From Sedimentisphaerales bacterium (GTDB taxonomy: Bacteria; Planctomycetota; Phycisphaerae; Sedimentisphaerales; SM23-30), in NCBI GenBank assembly GCA_963663805.2, contig CAXXMR010000019.1:175131-239130 (forward strand): DNA of 64,000 nucleotides, read 5' to 3'. The translations under genes and the position numbers were made by a program. Under the pieces are notes generated by a model. That model was given only the letters and a program-made list of their open reading frames with translations, did not search any database and was not told the origin of the DNA. This document shows positions 58,425 to 64,000 of the stretch, in pieces; within the stretch, counting starts at the first letter, position 1; the number at the start of each line of letters is the position of its first letter.

Positions 58425-59822
58425 TCATTTCGCCGTAATAGAATCAATCGCCTCAATAAGAACCTTCGCCGAATTAACCACGCCTTCAACCGCCGCCAGA
58501 TTCTTCCGCGCCGTCTGACTCTGCCCCGCCTGATACTGAACATAACCCGCCAGAAACTGCAACGCCGGATTCCCCGACTTCGTCTGCCAGTCCAGCAGCT
58601 CTTTCAGCCGACGGCTGTATGTCCCCTGATTACCAAAGACCATCCGCAAATCTTTCTGTATCTTCGCCAAATTCGCGTCCAGCGTCAAGGCCTTGTCAAT
58701 TGCCCGGGCCGAGTTTATAAACTCACCCGCCGCGAACAAGGCCTTCCCCCAGTCCAGATAAGTACTCGCCGCGTCCGGCCGATACCGAATCGCTCTCTCA
58801 AAACTCTGAGACGCTCTATAATATTTCCCTTCGTTCAGATACTCATGCCCCTGATTGGACGCCTCGTCAAACCGCTCCCGCATTATCTTCACGTAAGCGT
58901 CAGTTGTCGCGGTCGATGTCAGCAGCTTATCAGTCATCGAGGGCTCCGTCTGCCCCGCGTTAGCGGCTAAATCAGGCTCGGTTTCGTTTGCCAGGGGCTG
59001 GCCCATTTCCCCGCCCGGTTCATAACTCGAATCAGGAGTTCTTTCGCTGTCAGCCGACCACGGCGAAAAACGGTTCGCGTTTTGCAGTTGCTCCTGTTTG
59101 GTTGTCTCCACCGGTTGTCCCTGTTCACTACCACCCAAAGCCGAACGTTCCAGGGCCTGATAGCTCCGCGCGTCAATCCGACCGGTTACTCCCCGCATCG
59201 AACTTGCCGTACCCCACTGCGCCGGTTCCGGCGTGTCCAGTTGCATCCCCTGACCGCTCCAGCCCGGCGAAACACCCGCGCCGTAAGAACCTTCCGACCC
59301 GCTGCTCAATCCCGAATAATTCGAATATACCGACCCGCCCAAAGGACGATTATTTGAGCTGGTCATCAGAGTATTCCTCTGACCCAAAGGCTGAGACACC
59401 CGTGCCATATCACCCGAATAGCCCGGCACTCTGCCGTAAATACCCGTCACGCCCGAAGAGTTCCCCGTATAAAACTGAGGCTGAGAAAGGCCGCTCGTCT
59501 GCAAATCACCCACCCCCGTACTGTCCCGGTAAAAAGTGTTCAAACTTGATGAACCCAGCTGGCTCGACATCTCATAGGTACTGCCGTAAGGCATAACACC
59601 CTGAAAGCTCCTGCCCCCGGTGACATTACCGGTCATCAGCATATCATTAACCCGGGCCGTCAAGCCGTCCAGATTCGTCGGGGTATTGATACCCATCGAG
59701 CCCACCCGGTTGCTCGCGTCCAGAAGCCGACCCTGCTGAGATGTATAATATTGACCCTCCGCCCCGCATATCGCCCAGACCGCCCAAACGAATATCGAGA
59801 AAATCCTTATCTTCTTCATCAT
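58425..59822 (-). CDS. Secreted protein with a Ser/Gly-rich N-terminal region and C-terminal TPRs
   Basis: Signal peptide, LLDASNRVGS, and TPR-like GHEYLNEGKYYRASQSFERAIRYRP. Confidence 0.75.
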   Translation of the reverse strand: MMKKIRIFSIFVWAVWAICGAEGQYYTSQQGRLLDASNRVGSMGINTPTNLDGLTARVNDMLMTGNVTGGRSFQGVMPYGSTYEMSSQLGSSSLNTFYRDSTGVGDLQTSGLSQPQFYTGNSSGVTGIYGRVPGYSGDMARVSQPLGQRNTLMTSSNNRPLGGSVYSNYSGLSSGSEGSYGAGVSPGWSGQGMQLDTPEPAQWGTASSMRGVTGRIDARSYQALERSALGGSEQGQPVETTKQEQLQNANRFSPWSADSERTPDSSYEPGGEMGQPLANETEPDLAANAGQTEPSMTDKLLTSTATTDAYVKIMRERFDEASNQGHEYLNEGKYYRASQSFERAIRYRPDAASTYLDWGKALFAAGEFINSARAIDKALTLDANLAKIQKDLRMVFGNQGTYSRRLKELLDWQTKSGNPALQFLAGYVQYQAGQSQTARKNLAAVEGVVNSAKVLIEAIDSITAK

Positions 59823-60303
59823 CGCCCTGTCCTCATGTAATGACATAGAAAAAGCAAAACACCATCCACTATATTGTAACACATATCACTTCCAAATTTA
59901 ATACCCAAATCATTTTTTCACAATTCCCCAGATTCATCCGCCTTTCACCGAAGCACCCTCTAAATAGTAGACTATGTCCCTCATGCGGGGCTAAAAGTAG
60001 ATTTTTTTGGCGAAAAACGTCAAAAAACCATCAAAAATCTTTGAAAAAGCAAAAAAATTCTCAAAAAACTGTCCTCTCAGGCTCAATCGCGCGGGTTTTT
60101 CGTGATTTTTAGTAAAAAAAATAAAGACTTACACAATTTTATCTACGCAAAATAAGAACTTACAAACAAAATTCTTGGCATAAAATAAGGATTTACAATC
60201 GCCAAATCAGTAATATTTATACAGATGACTTGACTTAAATACCGTTTTCCGATACTAATCTCTCTTTGGTGACTGGAACACTAACTACGCATAAGGATAG
60301 AAC

Positions 60304-61426
60304 ATGCCCGAAATAGAAGACGTCGCCGGCGAAATCGAACGGCAGCAGGCCCGGATCTTAAAAATCCGGGACTCACTTTGACTTGCCATCTAAAATCAAT
60401 GAACTAAAAGACTTAGAAGATGTAATGGCCCAGCCGGGCTTCTGGAACCACCCCGAAAAAGCCCAGAAAACCGTCGAACTGCTTAAAGAACTAAAAGCAC
60501 TTATCGACCCCGTTAAAAAAGCCATCGCCCAAATCGAGGAAATCCAACTGCTCTGGCAGCTCGCCGAAGAAGAAAATGACCAGGACACCAAAAACGAAAC
60601 TGTACAGTCGCTCCAAAAACTAATCGCCAAAATCGAAAAAATCGAACTCGCCTCCCTCCTCGACGGCGAAAACGACATGAAAGGCTGTTTCTTCGGAATT
60701 CACGCAGGTGCTGGTGGGACAGAGAGTTGTGACTGGGCTTCGATTCTTTTACGCATGTATACCCGCTATTTCGACCGCAACGGCTACAGATACGAGCAGA
60801 TCGAAATCACCCCTGGCGAAGAAGCCGGGATTCGGTCCATTCTCCTGCGTGTTTCCGGGCCTTATGCTTTCGGATACCTTTCCTGCGAACGAGGCGTCCA
60901 TCGTCTGGTTCGTATCAGCCCCTTCGATTCTGCCAAAAGGCGGCATACCAGTTTTACCGCTGTGGATGTCCTGCCTGATTTTGGAGAAATTGAGGAAGTC
61001 GAAATTGACCCGACCGAAATTGAGATGGAATTTTACTGCAAAGCCGCCGGCGCTGGCGGCCAGAACGTAAATAAGGTATCGACCGCTGTGAGAATTTTGC
61101 ACAAACCCACCGGAATCGTCGTTGATTGCGTTTCCGAACGATCTCAGCACCAGAACCGGGCATTGGCTTTGGCGTTGCTCAAGGCCAAAATCGAACAGCG
61201 GGAACAGCAGAAAAGGGACGCCGAGCTTGCCAAAATTTACGGCGAAAAGGGCGAAATCGCCTGGGGCAATCAGATTCGCTCCTATGTAATGCAGCCCTAC
61301 CAGATGGTCAAGGACCATCGCAGCGATTATCAGGTTGGTAATCCCGCTCAGGTACTCGACGGCGATCTGGACGGTTTTATCAATGCCTACCTGCGACATA
61401 AAGCCAGTATTAAACATAAGAAGTAA
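60304..61426 (+). CDS. prfB: Peptide chain release factor 2 with a programmed +1 frameshift
   Basis: MPEIED...DSL ends at CTT TGA C (60376-60382). The +1 frame carries [18 protein letters not shown] and WGNQIRSY. Confidence 0.95.
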
Positions 61427-61517
61427 ACAGGGGGCATGGGTGGGATTGTAAATAGAATGGGTGGACGTTGACTTGATGTGACCAAGTTGCTAAACTGCCA
61501 TATTTGGGAGACCTGGA

Positions 61518-62990
61518 ATGATTGACGCTGGCCTGCCCGAGACCAGAAGATACAGTGCTAAGGAAAAGTGCGGGTTATTCGGCATTTTTGCTCCTCCAGC
61601 AATGGGTGAGAATACCGGTGTCGTAGACAGAACCTATTTTGGACTTCATGCCCTTCAGCACCGGGGGCAGGAATCCGCCGGTATTGCTATCAGTGATGGT
61701 GAATCCATAGATGTTCATGTTGGTATGGGCCTGGTCAGTCAGGTTTTCAAGCAGAAAGTGGTTCGAAAAATGTCGCAGGGGGCGCGGATGGCCATCGGCC
61801 ATGTTCGCTATTCTACGGCTGGTTCGTCACTTATCGGCAATGCTCAGCCCATGCTTTTTGAGTATGCCCTGGGGCAAATAGCTATCGCGCACAACGGTAA
61901 TCTCATCAATGCCGGTCTGCTGCGTGACGAATATGAAGCCCACGGTCATATTTTTCGGGGCACTTCGGATAGCGAGATCATTATCCATCTTCTTGCTAAG
62001 CCTACTCATTTTACCAAAGCCGATCCGATCGGTCATATTCTCAACCATCTTCAGGGCGCATATTGCCTCCTGTTCCTGTTGAAAGACCAAATTGTCGCTG
62101 CCCGTGACCCTTACGGTATCAGGCCTTTATGTCTGGGCAAGACCCCCGATGGCTTGATCGTGGTTACTTCCGAGACTTGTGCTCTGGATATTGTCGATGC
62201 CGAACTTATCCGTGAAGTTGAGCCCGGCGAAATTGTAACCATAGACAAAGACGGCATTCACAGCCGCTTCTTTGACGGGCCTGACAAAGTAAATCCCGCC
62301 CATTGTGTTTTTGAGCAGGTTTATTTTGCTGACCCGTCTTCACAGGTTTTCGGTGAGAATGTTCATATCGTTCGTCACAAGATGGGCCGGCAGCTCGCCA
62401 GGGAAGCCCCCGCTGATTGCGACATGGTTATCCCTGTGCCCAACTGTGCCCGGTGTGCCGCCGGCGGTTACGCCGAGGAGCTGAGTATCCCTTACGGTCG
62501 CGGTTTTACCGTGAGCCATTATACGGGCAGGAGTTTTATTGAGCCGGAACAGCCCATGCGTGACCTGGCTGTCAGAATGAAGCTCAATGTGATTCGTGAA
62601 ACAGTCAGGGGTCAGAAGCTGGCTGTAATAGAGGATTCTGTTGTTCGGGGCACTACTACCCGCGGCAAGGTAAACGCCTTGCGTCGGGCCGGTGCCAAAG
62701 AAATTCATCTGCGGGTAGCTTCACCACCGATTCGCTTTCCCTGTTTCTACGGCATTGATTTCCCCAGCCGTGAAGAACTTATCGCTCACAATAAAACCGT
62801 GGAGGAAATCCGCGATTATCTCGAAGTTGACAGTTTGCAATACCTTAGCCTTGAGGGTATGTTAAGTTGTGTAAAATCTCCGCCCAGCCACTATTGCAAT
62901 GCCTGCTGGTCGGGTAATTACCGGATTCCTGTGGACGAATCCATGAGCAAGTTCTCACTCGAGCGCTACCAGCGAAAACTTTTCGAATAG
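61518..62990 (+). CDS. purF: Amidophosphoribosyltransferase
   Basis: CGLFG, LQHRGQE, GHVRYST, HNGN and EDSVVRGTT. Confidence 0.96.
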   Translation: MIDAGLPETRRYSAKEKCGLFGIFAPPAMGENTGVVDRTYFGLHALQHRGQESAGIAISDGESIDVHVGMGLVSQVFKQKVVRKMSQGARMAIGHVRYSTAGSSLIGNAQPMLFEYALGQIAIAHNGNLINAGLLRDEYEAHGHIFRGTSDSEIIIHLLAKPTHFTKADPIGHILNHLQGAYCLLFLLKDQIVAARDPYGIRPLCLGKTPDGLIVVTSETCALDIVDAELIREVEPGEIVTIDKDGIHSRFFDGPDKVNPAHCVFEQVYFADPSSQVFGENVHIVRHKMGRQLAREAPADCDMVIPVPNCARCAAGGYAEELSIPYGRGFTVSHYTGRSFIEPEQPMRDLAVRMKLNVIRETVRGQKLAVIEDSVVRGTTTRGKVNALRRAGAKEIHLRVASPPIRFPCFYGIDFPSREELIAHNKTVEEIRDYLEVDSLQYLSLEGMLSCVKSPPSHYCNACWSGNYRIPVDESMSKFSLERYQRKLFE

Positions 62991-63000
62991 AGCGATATAT

Positions 63001-64000
63001 ATGGCCCCCAAAGATAAAATTACATATAGTCAGGCCGGTGTTGACATTAACGCCAATGACGAGATGGTTGATTTGATAAGTGCGAATGTGAAGCGTACGC
63101 ATGGTCCGCGCGTTATGCACCTGCACAATGCGTTCGCGGGGTTATTTCGTCTGGACTATGACCAGAAACTCTTCAAAAGAAATTATCGCAACCCCGTTTT
63201 GGTTGCCTGCACCGACGGGGTCGGCACAAAAATCAAGATTGCTGCGGAAATGAAAAAGTTTGATACCGTGGGTATCGACCTGGTAGCCATGAGTGTTAAT
63301 GACATGCTCGTGCAGGGTGCTGAGCCGCTGTTTTTTCTTGATTATGTGGCGGTTAATCAGCTCAAGCCCGCTCAGATAAACGAGTTTGTCGCTGGTATCA
63401 GCGAAGGATGTGTCTTGGCTGATTGTGCCTTGCTGGGTGGAGAAACCGCTGAGATGCCCGGCCTTTACCGCAAGGGTGAATTTGACCTGGCCGGCTTTGC
63501 TGTCGGCGTGGTCGAAAAAGACCGCATTGTCACTGGTGAGCATGTCGAGGTTGGCGATTCCATTATCGGTCTGGCTTCTTCGGGGCTGCATTCCAACGGC
63601 TATTCGCTGGCTCGGAAGATTTGCTTCGACCGTAATAAGCTCAAGCCGGAAGACCATATTGATGAACTGGGAGAAACTATCGGCCAGGCGTTATTGCGTC
63701 CGACCAGGATATATGTCAATTGCGTTATGGGCCTGCTCCAGAAGTATAAGGTCAAAAAAGTCGTCAAGGCGATGGCCCACATCACCGGTGGCGGCCTGGT
63801 AGGTAATGTTCCGCGGGTACTGCCCGAAGACTGCGACGCGGTTATCGAAAAACAGAAGTGGGTCAGGCCGGTGATTTTCGATTATCTTCAGAATACCGGC
63901 CCGGTTGACGAAGAGGAAATGTATCGTGTTTTCAACATGGGCATTGGTTATGTGCTGGTGGTGGCCCCGGCGTTTACTCGTTCGATAATGGCTCATTTGC
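63001..64000 (+). CDS. purM: Phosphoribosylaminoimidazole (AIR) synthetase; 3' end lies beyond the window
   Basis: Translated by hand, absent from the ORF track: YSQAGVDI, TDGVGTK, GGETAEMPG, SSGLHSNGYSL, HITGGG and FNMGIG. Confidence 0.95.
   Translation, partial: MAPKDKITYSQAGVDINANDEMVDLISANVKRTHGPRVMHLHNAFAGLFRLDYDQKLFKRNYRNPVLVACTDGVGTKIKIAAEMKKFDTVGIDLVAMSVNDMLVQGAEPLFFLDYVAVNQLKPAQINEFVAGISEGCVLADCALLGGETAEMPGLYRKGEFDLAGFAVGVVEKDRIVTGEHVEVGDSIIGLASSGLHSNGYSLARKICFDRNKLKPEDHIDELGETIGQALLRPTRIYVNCVMGLLQKYKVKKVVKAMAHITGGGLVGNVPRVLPEDCDAVIEKQKWVRPVIFDYLQNTGPVDEEEMYRVFNMGIGYVLVVAPAFTRSIMAHL

Noticed and set aside
63142..63996. ORFs listed in the track near the window end
   Set aside because: They are shadows of purM (63001 to beyond 64000), which the track missed because its stop codon is outside the window.

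Overview
This 64-kb window is bacterial chromosome, mostly housekeeping genes. Gene content (TPR plus double RNAP alpha-CTD protein, HTH-PTS IIA, RRM protein, large SecDF and YidC) suggests Planctomycetota, probably Phycisphaerae; this is inference. Recognisable genes include dnaA, yidC, mnmE, kdsA, tgt-yajC-secDF, nfeD-nfeD-floA, pabB-pabC-nif3, a degenerate rnfC/rnfD pair, dtd, a WYL regulator, hisA, sppA, trxB, larC, a cmk-plsC fusion, ubiX, prfB (programmed +1 frameshift), purF and a partial purM. There are three complete IS elements: one IS4-family and two apparently identical IS1634-family copies, each with its own target duplication. The most unusual signal is non-coding. About ten intergenic regions are mosaics of short recurring modules: a covarying triloop mini-hairpin, REP-like units, and 7-mer and 9-mer tandem repeats. 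Modules are repeatedly joined at a GYCGTT core. Mosaic orientation tracks a strong, gene-independent strand skew (G/T-rich versus C/A-rich) in the neighbouring genes. Also found: a candidate anti-Shine-Dalgarno sRNA after mnmE, a repeat-bracketed AT-rich gene cluster and two single-base frameshifts. No rRNA, tRNA or CRISPR array was recognised.
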